Shown here: positions 20,873 through 28,639 of the stretch, in pieces | Numbering within the stretch: the first letter of the stretch is position 1 | How the letters are laid out: every line of letters starts with the position of its first letter | DNA from: Polyangiales bacterium | Lineage (GTDB): Bacteria > Myxococcota_A > Polyangia > Polyangiales > Polyangiaceae | Assembly (NCBI GenBank): GCA_038231275.1 | Contig: JBBRLQ010000022.1 | Location: forward strand, 73,096-105,095 | DNA: 32,000 nt | Reading direction: 5' to 3' | Made by a program: the position numbers and the translations under genes | Notes under the pieces: generated by a model | Database searches by the model: none | The model's input: only the letters and a program-made list of their open reading frames with translations | Told to the model about the DNA's origin: nothing

Positions 20873-21711
20873 AATCGCTCACGACCGAAAAAGTACGCCA
20901 CCTCGTCGTCCGCGCGGATCAGGCGGACACGCTCCCCGACTCGCTCGTCACCGAGCTTCGCGACCAAGCGGTCACGTGCGGCTTCGTGCGCGGTAGCGGC
21001 GTCCTCCGCGACGTTTCGCTGCGCGCGTACTCGAGCGAGCTCGGAGGCCTCGCGCCGCCGCGCTTCATCGCCGGGCCCGTCCACGTGCTCTCGCTCGAGG
21101 GAAGCGTGGGCCTCTCAGGCGGCGACATCTCGCTCGGCCTCCGCGCCGTCCTCGGACGCGAGACCGAGCGCGGAATGGAGACCTTCGCAGGTGAGCTCGT
21201 CAGCGCCCGAGTGGTGGGCCTCGAGCTCCTCGTCGCCGCCTTCGACGAGCACGCCGCGCCGCGCGCGCTCGATCCCCTCGCGAAGATCTGGCTCCTCGGC
21301 GAGGGTGACCCGTCGAAGGCGCCGGCCATCCGCCGCGAGGCCCGCCCCGAGCTCTCCCCCGCGGCTGCGTTCAGCGAGGCGATCGCTGCGAGCGCCGCAA
21401 CGGCAGCCACCGTCTCGAGTGCCGAGCGACCTCGGCCGCCCTCACCGCTCACCGGCACGGGCCCCGTCGTCCCCCAAAGACCCGTCCGCGTGCAGATAGA
21501 GGAGGAGCTCGCGCTCGTCCCCGAAACCGGATCGATCGTCGACCACTTCGCGTTCGGCAAATGCGACGTCATCAAGAGCGAGGACGATCGCCTCTACCTC
21601 AAGATGCACCGCGACGGCCGCATCAAAGAGATCGCCCTCGAAATGCTCAAAGTAACGCCCCTCGAGGACGAGGACGGCAAGAAGAGCTACCGCCTCGCCC
21701 GGCGTCTCTGA
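20869..21711 (+). CDS. Hypothetical cytoplasmic protein; N-terminal domain resembles PPC/DUF296, followed by a disordered linker and a small C-terminal beta-rich module
   Basis: The track ORF 19507..21711 is over-extended. The ATG at 20869 (ATGA overlap with the upstream stop) gives 280 aa starting MKSLTTEKVRHLVVRADQADTLPDSL... GFVRGSGVLRDVSLRAY...VHVLSLEGSVGLSGGD..LGLRAVL...GELVSARVVGLELLV is PPC-like by eye only. The C-terminus is IVDHFAFGKCDVIKSEDDRLYLKMHRDGRIKEIALEMLKV. Confidence 0.4.
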   Translation: MKSLTTEKVRHLVVRADQADTLPDSLVTELRDQAVTCGFVRGSGVLRDVSLRAYSSELGGLAPPRFIAGPVHVLSLEGSVGLSGGDISLGLRAVLGRETERGMETFAGELVSARVVGLELLVAAFDEHAAPRALDPLAKIWLLGEGDPSKAPAIRREARPELSPAAAFSEAIAASAATAATVSSAERPRPPSPLTGTGPVVPQRPVRVQIEEELALVPETGSIVDHFAFGKCDVIKSEDDRLYLKMHRDGRIKEIALEMLKVTPLEDEDGKKSYRLARRL

Positions 21712-21753
21712 GCGACCCACCGCGCTGGACTTGCACCGACGGGCGACCGGGCT

Positions 21754-22668
21754 CTATGCCGGCGTCTCGGCGATCGTCGCGGCGCGCGCGCCGAGGGAGA
21801 GCGTCTCGCCGGCCTTCGCGTGGGCGAATTTGATCATCGCCAACGCCACCGGCGCGCCGAGGGTCGGGCTGTGCGCCGCGCTCGTCACCTGGCCGACGAC
21901 GTCCCCGGAGGTCGTCGTCACGCTGTCTCCCTTGGACGGGACCTCCCCGGCCGCGAGGACCAGCGGCATCAGCTTGCGCTTCACGTGGCCGCGCATCTCG
22001 AGCATGCAGACGACCTCCTGTCCGAGGTAGCAGCCCTTGTCGAAGGAGACCGCGCGCTTCTCGAGCGACGCTTCTTGCGGGTACATCGTCGTGTCGAAGT
22101 CGACTCCGAACCGCGGGACGCCGCGCTCGAGGCGCAACGCGTCCCAGCCCGCGTCGTCGCCCATCGCGCAGACCTCTGCGAGCTTCGCGCGGATTTGCGC
22201 GTCGACCGCGGGATCCTTCGGCGAGAGGACGATCGCGCCGCCGAGCCCGGTCGCGTCGAACGCCGCGCCGTGCGCGCCCGCCGCACGCGCGGCCTCGAGC
22301 GCCGCTTCTGCCTTCGGGCCGTGCACGAACGCAACGGTCAGCTCGCCCACCGCGCCCATCTCCGCGTCCTCCATCACGAGGTATTTGTCGAACGCGGCGC
22401 GCAGGGCCTCGATTTCGCTGGCCGGCGCGACCACGAGCACGCGATCGGCGTCCGCGACGAAGACGAGATCGGCGAGCATTCGGCCCTTCTGGGCGACCGC
22501 CAGGCCATACGCCGCGGCCCCCGGCTGGAGCTTCGTCAGGTCGCACGTCACGAGGCCGTTGAGCCAAGTGGCTCGATCGGCGCCGCGCACCGGTAGGACG
22601 GCGAGCCCCGGCGCGGAGACGTAGAGGGCGCCGGTCCGAGCGGCGCGTACCTGCGAAGCGACATCCAT
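21754..22668 (-). CDS. ygfZ: Folate-binding YgfZ/CAF17 family protein (GcvT-like; Fe-S cluster maintenance / tRNA modification)
   Basis: 304 aa. LAVLPVRGADRATWLNGLVTCDL at the N-terminus and the family signature KGCYLGQE (SFDKGCYLGQEVV). Confidence 0.8.
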   Translation of the reverse strand: MDVASQVRAARTGALYVSAPGLAVLPVRGADRATWLNGLVTCDLTKLQPGAAAYGLAVAQKGRMLADLVFVADADRVLVVAPASEIEALRAAFDKYLVMEDAEMGAVGELTVAFVHGPKAEAALEAARAAGAHGAAFDATGLGGAIVLSPKDPAVDAQIRAKLAEVCAMGDDAGWDALRLERGVPRFGVDFDTTMYPQEASLEKRAVSFDKGCYLGQEVVCMLEMRGHVKRKLMPLVLAAGEVPSKGDSVTTTSGDVVGQVTSAAHSPTLGAPVALAMIKFAHAKAGETLSLGARAATIAETPA

Positions 22669-22785
22669 GATCGTACCTATGCCCCTTCCGCACGCGCCGG
22701 CGCAAGCCCCCGAGGAGCCGCCCGGCCACGTCTAAGCCTCGAAAATATTTGACGGTCGCTCTGTCCCGCGGCACACATCCCAACA

Positions 22786-23760
22786 GTGACCATCGGCGTC
22801 GTCCTGAACCCGCGCAGTCGCAGGAACCTTCGGGACCCGCGCGCCGCGAGCCGATTGGCCAGGACGCTCGGCGACAACGGTGTGGTGCGTGAAGCTCGCA
22901 CCTTGGATGACCTCTACCGAATCGCCGAAGATTTCAAGCAGTTGCAGATCGACGTCCTCGGCATCAGCGGGGGCGACGGCACCAATCACGTCACGATCAC
23001 AGGCTTCATCAGCGTCTACGGCGGCAGCCAGCTGCCCCAGATCGCCTTCTTGCGCGGCGGGACGATGAACACCGTCGCCAACTCGGTCGGTGTGAGCCGC
23101 GGAAAGCCCGAAGGCCTCCTGGGCGACCTCATGCAGGCCTACGCCGCGCGCGCCACCCGGCCGCTCCGCCACGCCGAGCGCCACGTCATGCGCGTCGTCG
23201 CCACCGACCGTACGGCCAACCCCGACGCCGATCACTACGGCTTCCTCTTCGGCACCGGCGTCGTCCGCGGATTCCTCGCGGAGTACTACCGCGGCGGGGA
23301 GCCGACGCCCCTCGTGGCCGCGAAGACGCTTCTCCGCGGCGTCGGCTCCACCATGGTGCGCGGCGAGATGATCACGCGAATGGCCGCGCCGTTCCGAGGA
23401 ACCGTCGAGCTCCCGGACGGAACGCGCTGGGCCTCGCGGGACTACCTGGCGGTCGCGGCCGGCTCGATCGACCACATCGGCCTGAATTTTCGGCCATTCC
23501 CGCGGTACGGAGAACGCCAGGACGCCTTCCAGATCCTCGGCATTTACGCGACCCCGTTCCAGTTTGTCCGCGATCTTCCGCGCATTTGGCGCGCCGAGCC
23601 GATGCGCCCGGGGCGCACGTTCGAGGCGGTCACCGGCGTCGCGCGCGTCACGAGCGACGACGGCGTGATGAAGTACATGATCGACGGCGACCTCCACGAA
23701 GCGCGCGGGCCCGTCGAGCTCCACATCGGCCCGAAGGTTCGGATCGTCGTCAACTTGTGA
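22786..23760 (+). CDS. Diacylglycerol-kinase-catalytic-domain lipid kinase (YegS/BmrU-like)
   Basis: 324 aa with a GTG start. IGVVLNPRSRRN...DVLGISGGDGTNHVT carries the GGDGT nucleotide-binding motif of the DAGK_cat family. Confidence 0.7.
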   Translation: MTIGVVLNPRSRRNLRDPRAASRLARTLGDNGVVREARTLDDLYRIAEDFKQLQIDVLGISGGDGTNHVTITGFISVYGGSQLPQIAFLRGGTMNTVANSVGVSRGKPEGLLGDLMQAYAARATRPLRHAERHVMRVVATDRTANPDADHYGFLFGTGVVRGFLAEYYRGGEPTPLVAAKTLLRGVGSTMVRGEMITRMAAPFRGTVELPDGTRWASRDYLAVAAGSIDHIGLNFRPFPRYGERQDAFQILGIYATPFQFVRDLPRIWRAEPMRPGRTFEAVTGVARVTSDDGVMKYMIDGDLHEARGPVELHIGPKVRIVVNL

Positions 23761-23832
23761 AAGTTGTCATCAATTGTCGCGCGAGGCCTCCGCGCGTTGC
23801 ACAGGAGAAACCCCGTCTCTAGGCTTCGCGGG

Positions 23833-24471
23833 ATGGGGGTTTCGCGTCTCCTCGCCACGCTCGCGTTGGTCGGCCTCACGGCGCTGACCACGGCGGGGCC
23901 TGCGCGCGCGGACGGCCTCGGGGCAGACGAGACCGCGCGCCTCTTCCGCGGTGAGACGATCACGCGCGAGCAGACGGTCACGCGGGGCAAAGGTCACTAC
24001 GTCGGCGGCGTCACGTACACGCTCCTTGACGCTACGACCGAGGAGCTCTCGGATTTGTTCGACGACGTCGCCTCGTACGCGCGCGTGCTCCCCAAGACCA
24101 AGCGCGCCACGCTGGTCGGCCGCAACGACGGCGACACGTTCGTCGAGCTCCACCAAGGCAACGCGTTCGTCGATACGTCGTACACGATCCGCCTGCGCCG
24201 CACGGCCGACGCGAACGAGGTGCGCTTCTGGCTCGATCCGACGAAGCCGCACGGCATCGAGGACGCGTGGGGGTTCTTTCGCTACGATACGGTGATCGAC
24301 GCCACGGGCGCGCCAAGGGTGCTCCTCACCTACGGCATCCTCGTCGATCTCGGCCCCGGAATCGTTCGCGACCTGTTCGAGGAGCGCGTCCGCGGCGCCA
24401 TGCTCGGCGTGCCCGAGCGCGTCCGCGCGTACCTGACCAGCGGCGCCGGCCGTCGGGTCGCGCGTCAGTAG
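23833..24471 (+). CDS. Secreted SRPBCC (START/polyketide-cyclase-like) ligand-binding protein
   Basis: The ATG at 23833 inside track ORF 23764..24471 gives MGVSRLLATLALVGLTALTTAGPARA-DG, a signal peptide. The length and pattern (LLDATTEELSDLFDDVASYARVLP...VRFWLDP...EDAWGFFRY...LLTYGILVDLG) fit the SRPBCC fold by eye. Confidence 0.5.
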   Translation: MGVSRLLATLALVGLTALTTAGPARADGLGADETARLFRGETITREQTVTRGKGHYVGGVTYTLLDATTEELSDLFDDVASYARVLPKTKRATLVGRNDGDTFVELHQGNAFVDTSYTIRLRRTADANEVRFWLDPTKPHGIEDAWGFFRYDTVIDATGAPRVLLTYGILVDLGPGIVRDLFEERVRGAMLGVPERVRAYLTSGAGRRVARQ

Positions 24472-24516
24472 CTGCGCAAACTCGTCGGGCTCTGCTAAAA
24501 CCGGCGGGCGTCCGGC

Positions 24517-25449
24517 ATGCTGAACCGCATCCTCGTCATCGCCCTCAACACGTACCGCGAAGCCGTGCGCGCGCGTGTGCTCTATGGGCTGCTCGCGTTC
24601 GCGCTCGGCACCGCCGTCTACTCGCTCGTCATCGGGACGCTCTCGCTCCACCAAGAAGCGCGGGTCGTGGCGGACATCGGCGCGGCGTCGATCTCGCTCT
24701 ATGCGGTGCTGGTCGCGATCGTCCTGGGCGCGACGAGCCTGCACCGCGAAATCGAGCTCAAGACCGTCTTTCCTATCCTGACGCGACGCCTTCGTCGCCA
24801 CGAGTACCTGCTCGGCAAATACACGGGCACGCTCGCCGTGCTCGGCGTGTTCGTCGCGCTCGACGGAGCGACGGTGCTGACCGTCCTCGCGAGCCAGTCG
24901 CCGCAAGCGGGCGCGACCATCGCGGCCGTGATCGGCGCGTTCGCGATCGCGCTCGTCGTGCTGCTCGTGCGCGTCAAGCACGCGCGCGTCTTCGTGTTCC
25001 TCCCGTGGTCGCTCGCGCTGTTCATTGTGATGGCGTTCGTGGCCGCGCCAGCCGGCGGCGAGCGGCAGCTGGTCGTGGCGAGCTGCATGCTCACGATGTG
25101 CGAGGTCGCGATCGTCGCCGCGGTGGCCACGTTCTTCTCGTCGTTCTCCTCGCCGTTCTTGACGGCGATCTTCACGCTCGGCGTCTTCCTCGTCGGCCGG
25201 TCCGCCGACACGCTGAACAACCTGCCGAGCCGCGTCTTCGGCGAAGAGATCCACGCGGTCGGGCGCGGCCTCGCCCACGTGTTTCCGAACCTCCAGGTGT
25301 ACGTGCCGCCGCGGCCCATCCTGCTCGGCGAGGTGAGCGCGATGCCGACGTGGCCGTTCGTCGGCACCGCGGCGATGATGGCCGCGTTCTACGCCGCCGT
25401 GCTCCTCACGATCAGCGCCATCGTCTTCCGGAAGCGCGACTTTCAGTGA
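24517..25449 (+). CDS. ABC-2-type transporter permease (no cognate ATPase in the window)
   Basis: 310 aa. MLNRILVIALNTYREAVRARVLYGLLAFAL is the typical N-terminus of NosY/ABC-2 permeases. About 6 TM helices. Confidence 0.6.
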   Translation: MLNRILVIALNTYREAVRARVLYGLLAFALGTAVYSLVIGTLSLHQEARVVADIGAASISLYAVLVAIVLGATSLHREIELKTVFPILTRRLRRHEYLLGKYTGTLAVLGVFVALDGATVLTVLASQSPQAGATIAAVIGAFAIALVVLLVRVKHARVFVFLPWSLALFIVMAFVAAPAGGERQLVVASCMLTMCEVAIVAAVATFFSSFSSPFLTAIFTLGVFLVGRSADTLNNLPSRVFGEEIHAVGRGLAHVFPNLQVYVPPRPILLGEVSAMPTWPFVGTAAMMAAFYAAVLLTISAIVFRKRDFQ

Positions 25450-25970
25450 GGGCGCGGGCGCTCGCGGCGCTGACCGTCGCGTCGGTGCTCACCGTCGGCG
25501 TCGCGCGCCAGATCACGACGGGAGCGCGTGGGATGCAGGCGTCCGACGAGGCGGTGCACGACGGAAACGTCCGCCAGGCGATCTCGGGGGCGCGCGCGGC
25601 GGCTGAGGCGCTCCTTCCGGGGAGCCCTTACCCGAGGCGGGGCATGGAGCGGCTCGCGCAGATCGCGCGTGACGCGGAGACGCGCGGCGACGAGGCGACG
25701 GCGGCGAGCGCGTGGCGTGCGATGCGCGCGGCGGCCTTGGAGACGCGGGCGTCGTGGAGCAACAACGGCGCGTGGCTGCCGGAAGCGAATGCCGGGCTCA
25801 CGCGGGCGGCGGCGATGGATGCGCCTGCACCTGCGCCCCCACCGTCAGGCGCCGCGCTGGAGGCCGAGCCCGGCCCGTCGTCGCTCGAGCTCCTCGCGTT
25901 CGGCGCGCTCCCGTTTGCGTTGTACGCGGCGGCGACGCGCTTCCTTCGCGGGGCGCGGCGCAAGGCCTGA
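25446..25970 (+). CDS. Small hypothetical membrane protein (N- and C-terminal hydrophobic helices)
   Basis: The GTG at 25446 overlaps the permease TGA (GTGA), in frame with the over-extended track ORF 24267..25970. 174 aa: VRARALAALTVASVLTVGVA...LELLAFGALPFALYAAATRFL. No recognisable domain. Confidence 0.45.
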   Translation: MRARALAALTVASVLTVGVARQITTGARGMQASDEAVHDGNVRQAISGARAAAEALLPGSPYPRRGMERLAQIARDAETRGDEATAASAWRAMRAAALETRASWSNNGAWLPEANAGLTRAAAMDAPAPAPPPSGAALEAEPGPSSLELLAFGALPFALYAAATRFLRGARRKA

Positions 25971-26061
25971 CGCCGCGAAATCGCTGGCGGAACACCGCTT
26001 TGGGGTCGCGCGTTTGGATGCTACGCTGACGGTAGATCGCAACGCACACCTCGTCCGTCCA

Positions 26062-27510
26062 ATGTCCATGACCCAGGCCCAGAACCACGGAGGACCCCCG
26101 GTTCGCGAGGGAGAGATCCTCGCGGGGAAATACCGCGTGGAGCGCGTCCTCGGTCAGGGCGGAATGGGCGTCGTGGTCGCGGCGATGCACCTGCAGCTCG
26201 AGAGGCGCGTCGCGCTGAAGTTCGTCCTCCCCGAGGCGATCCAGAGCCCCGAGGCCACCGAGCGCTTCGCCCGCGAGGCCCGAGCCGCCAGCAAGCTGCA
26301 GAGCGAGCACGTCGCGCGCGTCCTCGACGTCGGCACCCTCGAGAGCGGCGCGCCGTACATGGTCATGGAGTACTTGGAGGGGCGTGACCTCGGCCAAGAG
26401 GTCGACGCACGTGGCCCCCTCCCCTTCGCCGAGGCGGCGGAGTTCGTGCTCCAGGCGTGCGAGGCGATCGCCGAGGCGCACGGGCTCGGCATCATCCATC
26501 GCGATCTCAAGCCGCAGAATTTGTTCCTGGCGCGGCGCGTCGACGGGCGGCCGCTCGTGAAGGTGCTCGACTTCGGCATCTCGAAATTCAACGGCGCGCA
26601 ATCGGGCGAGAACATGTCGCTCACCAAGACGCACGCGGTGATGGGCTCGCCGAACTACATGTCCCCGGAGCAGCTCCGCTCGGCGCGCGGCGTGGACGCG
26701 CGATCGGACATCTGGGCGCTCGGCGTCATCTTGTACGAGCTCCTGACCGGCAAGGTGCCGTTCGTTGCGACCAGCGTGACCGAGCTCTGCGCCATGGTGC
26801 TCCAGGATACGCCGCGTCCGCTCCGTGAGATTCGCCCCGAGGTCCCGCTCGCGCTCGGCGACGTCATCGCGAAGTGCCTGGAGAAAGACCCCAATCAACG
26901 CTTCCCGTCGATCGCGAGCCTGGCCCACGCGCTCGAGGCGTATGCGCTGAGCTCGCAGTCCGGCGTCGGTCAGCGAATCCTCGCGGTCGCGCGGGAATCG
27001 AGCGCGCGCAACTTCGGGTCAGGGCCCCCGCCTGCGCCCGGCGCCACGTCGTCGCAGCAAGTCGCCGTCGCGGGTAGCCCCGGCAAGACGAGCGTCTCGT
27101 GGGCCGCGACGGAGCTGCAGAAGCCGGCGAAACGCGGCGTCGGCCTTTACGTCGCTCTCGGGAGTATCGGCGCGCTCGTCCTCTTCGGTGCGATCGCGCT
27201 GGTGGCGTGGCGCGTCCTCTTGCCGAAGTACCGGTCCGTCGCCGCGAGCCCGAGCCCGACGACGAGCGCAACGGCGCAGCTCGCCGCCGACAAGACCGAC
27301 GCGGGAGCGATCGCAGCCGCCGCAACTGCTCCCGCGACGCCGGCCGATCCGACCGCAAATGCGGGGGGTACCGCGGTCGCACAGTCTCCCTCGGCGCCGA
27401 CGCCGACCGCGAAGAAGCCAGGCGGCCCTGCGCCCCACCCTGCGGGTCCGACGACGGGAAAGCCGCCGAAGAAGAACCCGAACGACGACGCCCCCGACGA
27501 ACGAAACTGA
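26062..27510 (+). CDS. Eukaryote-like Ser/Thr protein kinase, single-pass membrane, Pro/Ala/Thr-rich extracytoplasmic tail
   Basis: ATG at 26062 inside the over-extended ORF 25528..27510. 482 aa. G-loop GQGGMGVV, VALKF Lys, HRDLKPQN, DFG, GSPNYMSPE. TM helix VGLYVALGSIGALVLFGAIALVAW. Confidence 0.9.
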   Translation: MSMTQAQNHGGPPVREGEILAGKYRVERVLGQGGMGVVVAAMHLQLERRVALKFVLPEAIQSPEATERFAREARAASKLQSEHVARVLDVGTLESGAPYMVMEYLEGRDLGQEVDARGPLPFAEAAEFVLQACEAIAEAHGLGIIHRDLKPQNLFLARRVDGRPLVKVLDFGISKFNGAQSGENMSLTKTHAVMGSPNYMSPEQLRSARGVDARSDIWALGVILYELLTGKVPFVATSVTELCAMVLQDTPRPLREIRPEVPLALGDVIAKCLEKDPNQRFPSIASLAHALEAYALSSQSGVGQRILAVARESSARNFGSGPPPAPGATSSQQVAVAGSPGKTSVSWAATELQKPAKRGVGLYVALGSIGALVLFGAIALVAWRVLLPKYRSVAASPSPTTSATAQLAADKTDAGAIAAAATAPATPADPTANAGGTAVAQSPSAPTPTAKKPGGPAPHPAGPTTGKPPKKNPNDDAPDERN

Positions 27511-27522
27511 GAGGTCCCCGGT

Positions 27523-28569
27523 ATGAGTCGTTCGATCGCGCGCGCCACGGTCTTGTCGTTCTCTCTTTCGCTGGGCGTCTCGTTCGTCGCAGCCTCTGCG
27601 CTGTCGCCGTCCGTGGCCCATGCGCAAGGCGCCGGGAAGCAAGCCGCCGCACAGGCGCTCTTCGAGGACGCGAAGAAGCTCATGACGAAGGGCGATTACG
27701 GCGCCGCGTGCCCGAAGTTCAGCGACAGCCAGAACCTCGACCCGGCGCCGGGCACCCAGTTCAACCTCGCCAACTGCTACGAGAAGGCCGGACAGACCGC
27801 GAGCGCGTGGGCGACGTTCAAGAGCGCCGCCGCGTCGTACCGCGCACACAACCGCGCCGACTGGGAGACCAAGGCCCGCGATCGCGCGAACGCCATCGAG
27901 CCGAAGCTGTCGAAGCTCACCGTCGTCGTCCCCCCCGAGTCGGCGGTGCCCGGCCTCGAGGTTCGACGTGATGGACAGGCGCTGAGCGCGTCGGAGCTCG
28001 GGGCGCCGATCCCCGTCGATCCGGGCGACCACGCGATCGAGGCGTCGGCGCCGAACAAGAAGCCCTGGAAGTCGACGGCGAAGGTCGCGACCACCCCCGG
28101 CGAGCAGAAGTTTTCCGTCGGTCCGCTCGAAGCCGAGGCAAAGGCGCCCGTGGCCGTGACGCCGACGCCTGCGAGCACGACTCCGCCGGTGAAGGTCGCC
28201 GAGGACAAGCCGCCGCCGGCCAGCGGGAGCGGCCGCAAGACCGCAGCCTTCGTCGCGCTCGGGATCGGCGGCGCGGGGCTCATCGTCGGCGGCGTCACCG
28301 GCGTCATGGCCCTCTCCAAGAACAAGACCGCCAACGACGCATGTCCCAACGACGGCGCGTGCGCGAGCAAGGACGCCGTCGACGCGAACAGCTCAGCGAA
28401 GAGCCTCGCCACGATCTCGACCGTCGGCTTCATCGTCGGCGGCGTCGGCGTCGCGGCGGGCGCGGTGCTCCTCCTGACCGCGCCCAGCGCGCCGAAGACC
28501 GGCTCGATCCACGTCGTGCCGACCGCAGGCCCGACCGGCGGCGGGCTCGCGGCGTTCGGCACGTTCTGA
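27523..28569 (+). CDS. Secreted/membrane-anchored TPR-like protein with a PEGA-like beta module and a Gly-rich C-terminal anchor
   Basis: 348 aa, 12 nt after the kinase stop, with GAGG upstream. Signal peptide ending SVAHA-QG. A TPR-like hairpin (ALFEDAKKLMTKGDYGAACPKFSDSQNLDP.PGTQFNLANCYEKAGQTASAW). A beta module (LEVRRDGQAL...PVDPGDHAIEASAPNKKPW). Two hydrophobic G-rich helices. Confidence 0.6.
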   Translation: MSRSIARATVLSFSLSLGVSFVAASALSPSVAHAQGAGKQAAAQALFEDAKKLMTKGDYGAACPKFSDSQNLDPAPGTQFNLANCYEKAGQTASAWATFKSAAASYRAHNRADWETKARDRANAIEPKLSKLTVVVPPESAVPGLEVRRDGQALSASELGAPIPVDPGDHAIEASAPNKKPWKSTAKVATTPGEQKFSVGPLEAEAKAPVAVTPTPASTTPPVKVAEDKPPPASGSGRKTAAFVALGIGGAGLIVGGVTGVMALSKNKTANDACPNDGACASKDAVDANSSAKSLATISTVGFIVGGVGVAAGAVLLLTAPSAPKTGSIHVVPTAGPTGGGLAAFGTF

Positions 28570-28639
28570 GCGGCGCCCGTCCGCCCCGCGCGCCGCGCGC
28601 ACGCGCGAAATAGCGGCAAATTCCGGCCATCTGTGGCAA

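Noticed and set aside
23751-23796. Relatively AT-rich spot with small inverted repeats: CAACTT-GTGA-AAGTTG across the lipid kinase stop, a CAATTG palindrome, and GCGCGAGG/CCTCCGCGC
   Set aside because: The stems are short (6-7 bp, one with a bulge) and have no following U-tract. This could be a weak attenuator between the lipid kinase and the SRPBCC gene, but the evidence is insufficient to call a terminator or operator.
28570-28639. Possible cobalamin riboswitch before kamD (and before sahR-metH), plus a GGCAAAT direct repeat at about 28615-28643
   Set aside because: The leaders are only 36-75 nt, far shorter than a cobalamin riboswitch (about 200 nt), and I see no B12-box-like element. The 7-nt direct repeat is too short to distinguish from chance.
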